In this document: piece after piece, positions 36,732 to 47,432 of the stretch | How positions within the stretch are numbered: position 1 is the first letter of the stretch | Layout of the letters: every line of letters begins with the position of its first letter | DNA from: a virus | Taxonomy: Duplodnaviria > Caudoviricetes | IMG/VR virus record: IMGVR_UViG_3300013426_000016 | Coordinates: 64,001 to 128,000 of that record | DNA: 64,000 bases | Direction: 5' to 3' (one strand) | The notes under the pieces: model-generated | What the model saw: only the letters and a program-made list of their open reading frames with translations | Database searches by the model: none | Told to the model about the DNA's origin: nothing | Made by a program: the position numbers and the translations under genes

Positions 36732-38612
36732 CTACCAATTTGTATTTGTAGGATCACTTAATTTTTCTTGTGCATACATAGCCTGTTGTCTGGCCACGTC
36801 TCTACCAGTAATATTAGTGTAATCAGTTTTAAATCTATACTCTGGATTATAAAGAGATGCTCCTATAACAGCATCAGAAATAGGTATATATACATTTGCT
36901 TTATAAAGATTCCTTTTAATAGCTCCACGTTTAAGCCCTAAGAAACCAGTTCCTATATCAGAGGTATTACGTTTATCAGCATTCTTGGCGTGATTAACAC
37001 TTCCATATTGTCCCATTTCTATATAGGCATCTAAAGAAGGCATATCGTCTTGTAGTAATTCATCAGCAGAAGCCATATAATCAGAAGGAGTAAAATCAAT
37101 AGCTTTAGAAGAAGCTACTCCCCCAAAAGTTAAGAAGGCTCTAGAACGGCTTTCTGGATATTTTACTAAACCAGTGCTTTCATCATATATAGCTCCAGGA
37201 CACACTTCTTGTAAATAACGATTTATAACAGAAGCATCTTCCCCTTTTTCTTTGCCGTTTTTAACTACGTTTTCTACCTTTTTAATTACTTCAAAATCTG
37301 GTATTACGTCTCTACCATTTTCTGCTGTTTTAGCAGGAAGTACAACTCTATACATATTAGAGCCATCATACATAATACCATCTAACTGGTTTCTATTAAT
37401 TACTTGGTCTCCAAAAACAACAGTGTCTGTGCCTACTTGTCTTATACCGTGAGCTTGCTCTAAGAGTTGTGCAACACTTACATTACTCATTGCTTGCCCT
37501 AAATTACCACTTCTATCATAAGCAACGGGACCCATATTTTGTCCATAAACAGATAAAGCAGTAGTAGACCCTCCTGTATATATAGGTATTCTTTGTGGTG
37601 CCGGTGCTCCTTCTCCAGTAGCATACATTTCTGGAACAGCCCCTTGTATTAATCCAGAGGCTCCACCTTCACTTCCGGAACCAGAAGTTCCACTTGCTTG
37701 TTTTTCATAAGAAGGCGTAATGGAACGCCCAGTACCATTAATAATAGTTTGTAAAAGAAATGCATGTGGATCAAATTTATTTACAGCAGCCTGTGCATAT
37801 AAATAACGTTTGTCCTTCTGAGGAAGAGCTGAAATTATATAATTTAAAGCAGTTTTAAGGTCCTTGTCTGCTTCTGTACCTTTTTCAGTAATTTTATAAA
37901 TACCATCCGGTCCTGTAGCAATTAAAGTAGAAGCATTATTTCCAGCCAAAGAAGAGTTTACTATTTCTTGCATTCCAGATAAAATATTCTTTCCTTGTTT
38001 TACAGCATATCCAGTAACCTCGGTTTCTTTATAATTTTTAATAATAGTATTTACATCACTTAAAACTGTGTCCATGCCGATAGCTCCAGAGACATCATCT
38101 AAAACACCATTATTAAAAGCTAAAGAAGAACTCTGTCTACGATAGTTTAATAAATCACCAAAAGTTAAAGGCATATATTTATTTGCATTCTTAGCATATT
38201 CTGTAGGAGAAATAGTAGTTAAACTCCCGTTTGCATCTACAGCATATAAGTTTCCAGCATTAGTAGTAGCAACTTCTCCCCAAGCATTATTTGTAGTCAG
38301 TGTTGCACGAGCTTTTTCATAATCTGCATAATTATTTGTAGCAGAAGTTGCCATTTGTGCAATACTTAAAAAATCTCTAGCGGTCAAATGATCTCCATTA
38401 GGATCACCAGCTAAATCTAAAGTCATTTGTATTTTATTCATTAACTGGCTCATGTCAGAGTCCAAACCTTTGGTTTTTAATAAATCAAATAAACTTTTTG
38501 TAAACTCAGAGGTTTTAGAAGAAGAGGCAGTATTTTGTTGTACTGCCTCTCCACTATTAGAACTCGTAGGAAGATATACTATACCTCCCGTCTGAAATGT
38601 TTTTATTTTCAT
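36732..38612 (-). CDS. Putative virion cargo protein, 626 aa
   Basis: Long ORF abutting both neighbours; begins MKIKTFQTGG. Confidence 0.8.
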   Translation of the reverse strand: MKIKTFQTGGIVYLPTSSNSGEAVQQNTASSSKTSEFTKSLFDLLKTKGLDSDMSQLMNKIQMTLDLAGDPNGDHLTARDFLSIAQMATSATNNYADYEKARATLTTNNAWGEVATTNAGNLYAVDANGSLTTISPTEYAKNANKYMPLTFGDLLNYRRQSSSLAFNNGVLDDVSGAIGMDTVLSDVNTIIKNYKETEVTGYAVKQGKNILSGMQEIVNSSLAGNNASTLIATGPDGIYKITEKGTEADKDLKTALNYIISALPQKDKRYLYAQAAVNKFDPHAFLLQTIINGTGRSITPSYEKQASGTSGSGSEGGASGLIQGAVPEMYATGEGAPAPQRIPIYTGGSTTALSVYGQNMGPVAYDRSGNLGQAMSNVSVAQLLEQAHGIRQVGTDTVVFGDQVINRNQLDGIMYDGSNMYRVVLPAKTAENGRDVIPDFEVIKKVENVVKNGKEKGEDASVINRYLQEVCPGAIYDESTGLVKYPESRSRAFLTFGGVASSKAIDFTPSDYMASADELLQDDMPSLDAYIEMGQYGSVNHAKNADKRNTSDIGTGFLGLKRGAIKRNLYKANVYIPISDAVIGASLYNPEYRFKTDYTNITGRDVARQQAMYAQEKLSDPTNTNW

Positions 38613-41600
38613 TTATTTCATTAATTTTAAAAGCAACTGAGTCAAGTTTTTATTCATATCCTTAACTGCCTCTTTTGCGGCTTTATCACCTTGTATTACG
38701 AGTTTTTCTCGCTCTGTTAATTTAGTTCCTTGTTTAGCATAAATGTTTTTAATGAGTAAATCATTATATGCCTTATGCTGCTTCTGGATCATGTCTCTCC
38801 ATTCTTTTCCTTCTTGTATTTCAAGATATTGTTTATAAGCAGAAGGAGTTCTAGTTAACCAGTCTTCAAATCTTAAAGTACTTCCCGAAGCATCATACTG
38901 CTCATATAATGAAGAGAGTGCGTTTTTCTTAGCCAAAGATTGTTCTTTCTGTAATTCAGAAATCTGATTATCAAGATTATAACTCTTAACAGTATCATGC
39001 TTAGTTCTAAGATCCTGTCTTACTTGTTGTGAGTAAGTATTCCATATATTAGACCACTTCTCATTAAGTTCATTTGCTTTTAATTGTTCATCTAAAGCAT
39101 TTACATTAGTAATATAAGCACTCTGTTCATTAGCTACATTAGCATTAATTTGAGAGATTTGATTTAAGGCATTTAATCTAGCATCATTATAACGAGAAGT
39201 ATAGTCAGAAAGTTCAGTTCCTTTTTGTGCTTCTAAATTAGACATTTGTTCAGAAAGAGCTAACTTTCCAGCTAAATTAAGCATAGAGTCGTTATAAGTA
39301 AGTTTAGTATTAAGTAGCGGGTTTTTAGCAGCATTATACTTCTGTTCTATACTAGAAGAGTTAAAAGTGGGTAACTGAACCTGAGGAGCTATAAATTGTC
39401 TCTTTTTACGTTCTGCGTTTGCATCATGCAAATAATCATAAGATCTAGAAATGTCTCTATTTTGTAACAAGGCAGAACTTAAATCGAGTATAGGAGAAAG
39501 ATTTGTTCTAATAGCCTCTCCAAGTAATCCACCTATTTGATACTTAGGAAGTTGGCCACCTTCTTTAAATCTCCAATCGTATTTAACTTTCATTTCATTT
39601 ACACGTTTATTAAAGTAAGCATCTTTTTCTGCGGTAGATTTATTTTTATACTTAGCATTAGAAAAGTTATTTCTAAGTTCAGCTACCAAAGCTCTTGCGG
39701 ATTTAGGGTCTTCCTTAACTAACTGCCTGAAAGTAGGATCGTTTCCAAGTTCTTCCAATTCTTGTAAAGTATTTTTCTTTAAAGCAGATTTAATTTTAGC
39801 TTCGACTTTTGCTAACTGTTGCTTATTAGGACGTTCCTTAGCTTCTGCTCGCATTTCAGCACGAATCTTACTTAATTCACCGATATTAAACCTTCGACTA
39901 CCACTTGTTATTTGTATAGGCTGACCTATTTTTGGGAATTCAAATTTAGTAGATCTTCTTAAAGGATATAAAGCTCTATCTACTTGTCCCAACTGATTTC
40001 AAATAACAGGAGAATTAAGAGTACGTACAGCTTTATTTGCAGTATCTAAATTTTCATTACCTAAAATAACGTCTCCCGTAGGAATATTTCTTACAGGTGT
40101 ATTTGTACCTCTTGTTAATAAAAGAGTTGGGGTATATCCTTGGCGTATAACAGGGCCGGAATCTATATTTGTACCCACATCTGGAGTAACATGCGCAGGT
40201 AATCTATAAATAACAGTAGCTGGTCTACTTAAATCCGGAGCCATGCCAGTAGCAGGAGTTGCATAAGGAGCGCTTCCTCTACTCTGACGTATATTAGCCC
40301 TACGACCAAACTGCCAAGGCATTACAAATTGTTCTGTATTTTCGGTTGTTCTAAATCCCAAAGCACCGGGGTTCTGAGCTCCAAGTCTACGTAAAGCACC
40401 TTCCCAAGTATAATCTTTAGTTCTTTTAGGAACTCCGTTTTCAAATAAAGCGTTATCATAATCTTCTTTTGTAAGACTCTTTACTACATTTGCCTGCTTA
40501 TCATTTGGTCTATAATTACCTAGAGCACGATTTCTTAAATTAGAATGGAAGAAATAATGTGCAGTAGAATTACCCTCTTGTGGGGTAGGTTCTTCAAATT
40601 CAACTTTGGATTTCTTAAAGATTTTAGCAAATAAATTTTGTTTCTTGGCACTAATATTAAAGTCAGCTAAAGCTTTTGCAGCTTGGTCTTCAGTCATAGT
40701 AATACCAGCTTCATTTGCTTTACTTATAAGTTTGTTAATAACAAGGGCTCGATTTCCCTTAGCTTCTGTTACTATATTTGCTATATCCTCATTTTTAAGA
40801 GTTAAATTTTGGTTTCCAATACGAGTATTAAATTCTCCTCTTAAATTTGCATTTGCAGCTTCAGCAGCTTTTCCAGATGCTTTCGCTGCTAATCTTGCAT
40901 CACCAAGTTGTTTACTCCACTGTTTACCTGCCACAATACCTCCAGAAAGACCATTTGCAAGATTTATCAAATCCTCTGAAGTGTATTTCTCGCCATTAAT
41001 GATTTTAGAAGCAGTATTAATTAAAGCTGAACTAAGTCCGATAGTTCCCATATACTTTAATATAGGAGTACCGATACCTTTAACTACTCGAACAAATTTA
41101 GATGCTTTAATAGCATTATCTAAACCAGGAACTAAAGAAGCAGGTAAAGCGGCAAGATCAAAAGCTGTATTAATAGCTAAGTCTTTTACAGCTCCCCATG
41201 TAGATTTTTCACCTTGTTTTAGATCTCCCATAAAGCGTAATCCAGTACCAGTTAAACCAGCTCCTGCACCAATAGCACCGCCTACAGGTCCGGCAAAGGA
41301 ACTGACAACACCCCCTAAATCAGCAATAGCTCCCATTATTTGAAGTTGTTCTGCTTGAGTTAATCCTCCATTTGAACCGTCCAAATTATGTGCTTTTGTA
41401 ACATCGTGCTTTCTAGGAGTTTTAGGTTCTTCATATTTACCTAGTGTAGTACCGTTTATATGACTAGAAGACGTGAGAGCCCCTCCTATTTGATATTTTC
41501 CTACATCATTAGAAGAATGGGTTTTTTTATATGCACCATAATTAAAAGCTGCCACAGGAAGAGTAAACAAAGGATGTAAAGAAGCAAGTGGACTTAAACG

Positions 41601-43310
41601 TCTAGCAACGGTATAAATATCTGTAGGAGTTTTAATAAGGTTCTTTATTTGTTTATTATCAAAGTCTGTTCCTTGTTCCAAAAGTGCGTATACAGACTCT
41701 AAGTTTTCTTTAGGAATTTCCCACACTTTATTATTAGCTTGTAAATACCAAGTACCATTTTTATCTCTTACTATAGTATTTTCTTGCGTACCATCCGCTG
41801 TTTTAAAACGAGCGTGTTCAGCAAAACCATTGTTCCAAGCATTTAAAGGAAGAGTTGTTTGTATATATTTATTATAAGGATCTACCTCCAGTTCATAATC
41901 TTTTGCCAGAGTGTTCAGATCGGAATACGGATCAGAATACTCCCCATTACCAAGATACACCAAATATTGAGGAGTCATAACTCCAGCTTGGTTTTCATTA
42001 TTTGGAGAAACATAAGAAAGAATATTATAACCTTTTGTATCTTTAAACCAAGGAGTAAGATCTTTTACACCACCACCAAGAATCTTTGCATTGGTAAAAT
42101 AGTCATAATACATAGGACTATACACATCAGAGTTGTAATTTTGATAGCCTCCGTAATAAGTAGAAGTATCTTCTATACCATTATGCTCTTGTGTCCAAAG
42201 ACGATCATCTAAAAATCTAACCCCGGAAGCATTTGCAGCATCATACCAAGAATTCCAGTCTTTAGCAGTTCTTCCTGCCGTAATAAATTTAGCTACATAA
42301 GGATCGAAACTTCTGTCTTTTAAAACTTCATCTAAGCTATATACAGTACCATTAATAGCAAAACCGTTTTCATAATCGGTATTTGCAAAATTATCAAATC
42401 CTCCTAAATACCAAACAGAGTCTTTATAAGCGTCCCCGTTAAGGTAATATCGTCCGTCAGCACCTCTAACAACACCTTCTTCGGGAGTATCACCTTCCCC
42501 ATTTTCAGGTTTTCCACCCTCATCTCCTTCATCGTCTTCACCTCCCGTATCTCCATCCGCAGGATCGGGATCGACAGGAGTTTCTACTACTGGAGGTACA
42601 GGTTTTTCAAAACCCATAAGTCTAAGAAGATTTAAATCCCCTTCACTTAAATTGCCAGAATGTAACCTATTAATAAAATCGGTAGAGTAACCCTCTACTC
42701 CTCCTTTATATGCTAAGAGTTCGTTCCCTAAATTTCTAAGCTGAGTTCTATCAGCATTATTCCAATTAGAGTATTTATATATATCGTCTACATTATTTGT
42801 ATCTACAGCATAATTAAGCAAAGATTTAATTAAATCCTCTCTATCTTTGTTAAGTATAGAATTAACATCATAAGCTTCATTATTTGTATCAAACCAACCA
42901 GAACCTCTACGTAACTCTTTACGAGTATCCATGTCTACATTAGCAAGTAAAAGACCACTCTGCTTAAAACGATGATTTTTAGTATTAAATGTAGCTCCTA
43001 AATTTCTCTTAAGTGTAGAATCATTAATAGAAGCAGTAATACCTTTTCCCACATAATTAGAAGTAATGTCTTTTCCCGTACTATCTAAAATTTGTATAGT
43101 GTTTTCTGTAGGATCGTATATAGCCTCATTTCCATCTTTAATGGCCCTAGTAGCAATACTATACATATCTTTAGGACCATTTTTATCTAATTCATAAGCA
43201 GCAGCTATCCTCTCTAAAGCTTGTTGTCCAAGTAAATGTTTCCCATTCATAGTAAATTTACCTTCTGGAAGAGGACCTGCTGCATTTTGGTATTTCTTAA
43301 CTAAAGCCAT
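38613..43310 (-). CDS. Putative ejection/cargo protein, 1565 aa, with Gly/Ala-rich membrane-like segments
   Basis: ORFs 39999-43349 and 38613-39992 join across TGA 39999; ATG 43310 lies after the terminator; GAIADLGGVVSSFAGPVGGAIGAGAGL segment; helical C-terminus. Confidence 0.82.
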
Positions 43311-43322
43311 ATTTCTAAAACT

Positions 43323-43356
43323 AAAAAAGGAGGAGCGGCTTTTAACCACCCCTCCT
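43323..43356 (-). terminator. Intrinsic terminator
   Basis: Minus strand aggaggggtggtt-aa-aagccgctcctcct followed by a T run, just after the 99-aa gene. Confidence 0.8.
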
Positions 43357-43362
43357 AAGTAA

Positions 43363-43662
43363 TTACTTACGTACCTTTACGCCACAAGACGCTTTCTTAA
43401 CTTTCTTAAGTTTCCCACCGCAACGCATAAACTGTTGCTCTGATGGTGCTTCTCCAACTGGAGCTTGTGACTGAGCCATATCAAGGATTATCTGTGCAAG
43501 AGCAACGGCTGCTTCGATACCAAGTTGCTCTATAATACTCAGTGCCATTTGTGACAACTGTTGCATTGCTTGCTCTTCAGCCGCAGCTGGTGCAACCTGA
43601 GCTTGAGGTGCAACGCCTCCCTCTTGAAGTTTCTTAACTTCGCTAAAAGATTTAATTTGCAT
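43363..43662 (-). CDS. Small Gln/Ala-rich protein with basic tail, 99 aa
   Basis: Has its own promoter and terminator; codon usage resembles the capsid genes. Confidence 0.8.
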   Translation of the reverse strand: MQIKSFSEVKKLQEGGVAPQAQVAPAAAEEQAMQQLSQMALSIIEQLGIEAAVALAQIILDMAQSQAPVGEAPSEQQFMRCGGKLKKVKKASCGVKVRK

Positions 43663-43715
43663 AATTATTTAAATTTTATATATATAAAAAATGATCTTAT
43701 TCACATCTATTCGCA

Positions 43716-43747
43716 CAAATATAATAATAAAAAAATAATTTTCCAAA
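43716..43747 (-). promoter_or_regulatory. Bacteroidota-type promoter for the 99-aa gene
   Basis: Minus strand TTTG, 20 nt, TATATTTG. Confidence 0.7.
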
Positions 43748-43779
43748 TATCTAGCATATAAGCAAAAGGGTAATTATTT

Positions 43780-43809
43780 TTTGTTTTAAAAAATAAATCA
43801 TTATATTTG
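43780..43809 (+). promoter_or_regulatory. Divergent Bacteroidota-type promoter
   Basis: TTTG, 18 nt, TATATTTG (43802-43809). Confidence 0.6.
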
Positions 43810-43812
43810 TAG

Positions 43813-43917
43813 TGACGAAACCGTCATATAAAGAATGTGACCGCAAAATCTTAGATTTTAACGACATTAACCATTATTTATACGTCATGCCCCGGCTGTT
43901 ATAGTCGGGGCTTTTTT
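43813..43917 (+). ncRNA. Candidate sRNA of about 105 nt
   Basis: Lies between a + strand promoter and a + strand-only terminator; 5' hairpin TGACG-AAAC-CGTCA; no ORF longer than a few codons. Confidence 0.45.
43889..43917 (+). terminator. Intrinsic terminator
   Basis: GCCCCGGCTG-TTA-TAGTCGGGGC-TTTTTT; the G.U pairs and U tract work only on the + strand. Confidence 0.8.
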
Positions 43918-43919
43918 AT

Positions 43920-44621
43920 TTATAATATATATTCTTTTTCATAATTCTTTTCAGATTTTAATAATCCGGTCTTCATCAGTTCCCGATTACAAAAAGAAAC
44001 TGTAGACTCTGGTATACCAAGTTCTTTTGATAATGTTTGGTTTGAAATACTAACTTTTGTAATATTTTTATACTTAATCTTAAAAGAAAATAAAAATGCA
44101 CGTGACGTGTTTGAAATAGTTAAAGAAAATATATTTGCAATAAAAGGCTTATCTAAGTACGTTTTAAGTACACTTACTCTAGAGGTTTTTTCAGACGTGT
44201 CTAGATTTATAAATTTATTTTCTATTAACTCAGTAAGAGATTTTCGTATCGTATCTATACTATAACCTGTTTTAGAGCGTAATTCACGTAATGATATTTT
44301 GTTTTTGCTAACGTAAATAATTGCAGCATAGATAACTCTAGCTGGTTGCCCTATATTAAAAAATGAGACATCTTTACAATTATAACTATTATTATATTCT
44401 TCAAATATTTTAATTATCTCTTTATTATAAACAAACCATTCATCTCGAAATCTATATTTAGAACACAAATTATGTAAAGTACTTTCATCAGTAAAGTCCC
44501 CGTCTCGTATTCCTAGTATTTCAACATCTGGGTTACATGTATCATAGTTTTTAAGTCTATTTGTAAAATTTTTAGTACAACCTATTTTTAGGTAATTTCC
44601 ACTTTTAATTAAGTACACCAT
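43920..44621 (-). CDS. T5orf172/MUG113-type GIY-YIG nuclease fused to two HTH domains, about 233 aa
   Basis: MVYLIKSGNYLKIGCT...RLKNY...ESTLH...DEWF; HTH-like SLRELRSKTGYSIDTIRKSLTEL and SNQTLSKELGIPESTV. Confidence 0.8.
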   Translation of the reverse strand: MVYLIKSGNYLKIGCTKNFTNRLKNYDTCNPDVEILGIRDGDFTDESTLHNLCSKYRFRDEWFVYNKEIIKIFEEYNNSYNCKDVSFFNIGQPARVIYAAIIYVSKNKISLRELRSKTGYSIDTIRKSLTELIENKFINLDTSEKTSRVSVLKTYLDKPFIANIFSLTISNTSRAFLFSFKIKYKNITKVSISNQTLSKELGIPESTVSFCNRELMKTGLLKSEKNYEKEYIL

Positions 44622-44632
44622 ACTATTCAATC

Positions 44633-45412
44633 TTATTCCATAGGGAACTCCTTTTGCTCATTATAACGATTTCTATTAAGAGCAGCTTCTCTTTCCAAAG
44701 CAGCAATTCTACGTTTTAAATCTTGATTCTCATTTTTAATTTCCTCTATATCATCGGTATTCTTCGATACTTGTTCAGTAACTGCTTTCACCCATAAAGC
44801 AGCTTGTTGCAAGCCAGTAAGGTTAAAATTTTTCTGAATTACTGGAAGTCCAGCTTCATCTGTTTTCTCAGTAACTTCCTCTGCAAGAAGCCCCTTCTCG
44901 ATTAATATTGTATTAAATTTTTTAATTGTAGGAACAGATCATCCTGTTAACTCTGAAATCTTTGTATTGGAGAAAGAAATTTTACCAACCCCACTGTCTT
45001 TATCATATAAATATCTTTGTATATCCATATAATATTCTTTAACATTAATTGGTAAATCCAAATCTAAAAATGCGTCTGTAAACATTTCAAAGTGTTTGTC
45101 AAAATTGGAATTATTAAATTCATAAAACCAGGATAGTTTCCCCGTAGCAGGAATTGGTTTTTTAAAAACTTTAATAAAACCAGCTTGAACGAGGCGTTTT
45201 ATTGCTTCTTCTACTTTAGTTTGTCCACAACCAGCTTTTTGTTTAATTTTTGAAATGGAAGGATAACAAACCCGTGTTTCTTCATTCATATATCTCCGGA
45301 TTGCGGCATATACTACTTTATCTCCATGTTGCAAAATTCTTTCTGGATTTTCATTGTCCATAATTAAAAATTTTTTATCATCAAAAGTATGAGGGATTTC
45401 TGTATGCTTCAT
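44633..45412 (-). CDS. Putative replication initiator / DNA-binding protein, tandem winged HTH plus coiled coil, 259 aa
   Basis: CYPSISKIKQKAGCGQTKVEEAIKRLVQAGFI; second HTH SNTKISELTG(W)SVPTIKKFNTILIEKGLL spans TGA 44939; ends TAA 44633; adjacent to iterons. Confidence 0.75.
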
Positions 45413-45454
45413 TATTTATACGTTTTAAAAATTATTGATCTATTATATATATCA

Positions 45455-45486
45455 CAAATATATCATTATTTTTTAAAACAAACAAA
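45455..45486 (-). promoter_or_regulatory. Bacteroidota-type promoter for the Rep-like gene
   Basis: Minus strand TTTG (45486-45483), 20 nt, TATATTTG (45462-45455). Confidence 0.7.
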
Positions 45487-45516
45487 TTTTTTCTATAAAA
45501 ATACGTGAAATGGATG

Positions 45517-45609
45517 GGTAGGCAAACCTCATTTTTAGGTAGGCAGATTTCATTTTCAGGTAGGCAAAACCCAAATCCGGGTAGGCAAAATCGATTTTCA
45601 GGTAGCAAA
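45517..45609. repeat. Five iteron-like direct repeats GGTAG(G)CA at an exact 21-bp period; putative origin
   Basis: Core starts at 45517, 45538, 45559, 45580 and 45601; AT-rich flanks on both sides. Confidence 0.85.
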
Positions 45610-45688
45610 CTATATTTAATAGATTTAATATACCTAATAGACCTATGAACTATACCTAAGGAAATTAAAAAATTTTAAAAAGTAAAAT

Positions 45689-45716
45689 AAAAAAGAGGGC
45701 CTATAAAGACCCTCTT
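45689..45716 (-). terminator. Intrinsic terminator after the DUF192-like gene
   Basis: Minus strand hairpin with aagaggg/ccctctt arms around a short loop, followed by a T run. Confidence 0.75.
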
Positions 45717-45720
45717 ATTA

Positions 45721-46317
45721 TTATTTTTCCACATACTGTGGGTCTCGGTTTTCTTGTGCTTCAAGCTCTTTAAAGATATATCTTCCTAGAGCTTTGTAGT
45801 CACTATCTTCTTTTGTTTTAAAAGCTTTTTTCGCTTTTCTAATTATAACTTTAGTTGCTACTCTACTAAAGATTCTTTCTCCACCTTGTAATTTAAATTG
45901 TACTGAACCATCTGCATTTAAAAGGAGCATCTCATTTTTAGGTAAATCAAAATCGTTTTCTATAATTTCGACTTCTTCTCCTACTTTTAATTCTTCTTTA
46001 TCCGATACTTCAAGCACATAAGCGACATTATAACCTTCCAAATATTCAAGGCTAAATGGTTCACCTTTATATACATTGGTTATAACATCTTCATCATTTA
46101 CAAAAGCTATTGTAAGTGGAATCTCAGTATCTTCCATCCAGAAAGCAAGTTCTTCTTGTGGATTGTCTCTAAAATCAAAAAAGAAACCTTCGCCTTTATC
46201 GAGTTTAGTAACGCCTTTAGCACCAAATTCTTTTTCCTCTTCAGTTTTCATTACGAGAAGATTGAACTCTTTCCCATTAATTAAAACTTTTATTTTATCA
46301 AGTTTACTATAGTCCAT
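45721..46317 (-). CDS. DUF192-like protein with C-terminal extension, 198 aa
   Basis: GFFFDF...FWMEDTEIPLTIAFV...YVLEV pattern. Confidence 0.75.
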   Translation of the reverse strand: MDYSKLDKIKVLINGKEFNLLVMKTEEEKEFGAKGVTKLDKGEGFFFDFRDNPQEELAFWMEDTEIPLTIAFVNDEDVITNVYKGEPFSLEYLEGYNVAYVLEVSDKEELKVGEEVEIIENDFDLPKNEMLLLNADGSVQFKLQGGERIFSRVATKVIIRKAKKAFKTKEDSDYKALGRYIFKELEAQENRDPQYVEK

Positions 46318-47432
46318 TACTCAACCTCCTTTACTAAACCAGTATTATCATCACAGTTATTAAAAAGAGTGCATACAATGATTTTTCCACACTCTATCAT
46401 AGAATCTTCATCTCCTTTTTTCCAGAGATCTTCTACTTTATTTGTGAGAGATTTCTCTAGAATCATTTCATTTCTTTCGATTTCTGCACATTGTTCTACA
46501 TTTCCTTTTTCATCTGTAACTACTACCGGTATTCCTTTATTTGTAAGTTCTTTAGCTAACTCCGGATTTGTCTCATCCATATTATGTTTATTTTTATGTA
46601 AAGCTCCTTCCGGAATTAAAATAGAACCTCCATTTTGGAATTTAGTTATCTCCTTTTTACATGCTTGTATTTTATGTAACTCTTCTTTAGAGAGTAATTT
46701 AACCCCATCTTTAGCATATAAGCCATATCTTTGGTTTATTTGATGCTGAAGTTCTTGAGAAGTATTACTATTCTTTCTAAGCGTGTTAGTATTATATATA
46801 TTTGAAATCATTTTAGCTTGTTCGTTAGCAGTATTAATTCCAGAATTAATTTTATTTCCTCCCAAGAATCTTTGTCCTCCCATATCAGCCATAGTATTTA
46901 TATAATTAACACTATTTGAGTAAGCACCAGAAAGTTTATCTACGTCATCATTTTTAGCTACTTCTCCAGTTTTAGACATAAATGCACCAGCAAGAGGCAC
47001 ATAAGAGAGAGTATTGTTCATCACTCTTTGAAAATCAGAAAGACCGACTGTTTCTTGTTCTGTTTCTGACATTGTACTACTATTTGTATCTGTAAAATCA
47101 CCTATAGTAGAAAGAGTGTTCCAAACTGCTCCCGCAGCCATTAAATAAGGATTGCCACTTTGCATAGCAAGATTTCCTATAGCTTTTTGTCCAGAAGAAG
47201 AGGTTCTTTCTTTAGGAGTAGTAAATCCAGAAGTTAAATTATTCAGTAAATTAACTCCAGTAGAAATATTTCCTATTTGCTGAGAATAATTATTTCCAGT
47301 GCGTCCTCCTACAGTTGCTTTTGGGCGCAATCCATCAGATTTTTCAGTAACAGCTTTTCCTATAAGAGGATTATTACTTGAGTAATGATTATTCGCTAAC
47401 TGAGTTAATGTATTTAAAAAATCTTGTGTCAT
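46317..47432 (-). CDS. Putative virion protein, 371 aa
   Basis: TAATG-coupled to both neighbours; KFQNGG and AEIERNE motifs. Confidence 0.75.
   Translation of the reverse strand: MTQDFLNTLTQLANNHYSSNNPLIGKAVTEKSDGLRPKATVGGRTGNNYSQQIGNISTGVNLLNNLTSGFTTPKERTSSSGQKAIGNLAMQSGNPYLMAAGAVWNTLSTIGDFTDTNSSTMSETEQETVGLSDFQRVMNNTLSYVPLAGAFMSKTGEVAKNDDVDKLSGAYSNSVNYINTMADMGGQRFLGGNKINSGINTANEQAKMISNIYNTNTLRKNSNTSQELQHQINQRYGLYAKDGVKLLSKEELHKIQACKKEITKFQNGGSILIPEGALHKNKHNMDETNPELAKELTNKGIPVVVTDEKGNVEQCAEIERNEMILEKSLTNKVEDLWKKGDEDSMIECGKIIVCTLFNNCDDNTGLVKEVE

Noticed and set aside
40606-41343. 245-aa + strand ORF and similar antisense ORFs (57394-57819, 59676-60020, 12306-12764)
   Set aside because: They are shadows of long genes on the opposite strand with no motifs or expression signals.
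43813-43917. Suppressor tRNA in the intergenic region
   Set aside because: No cloverleaf, TTC T-loop or acceptor stem visible; no tRNA found by eye anywhere in the window.
45517-45609. CRISPR array
   Set aside because: 8-bp core with 13-bp semi-conserved gaps is far too short, and there are no cas genes; iterons fit better.
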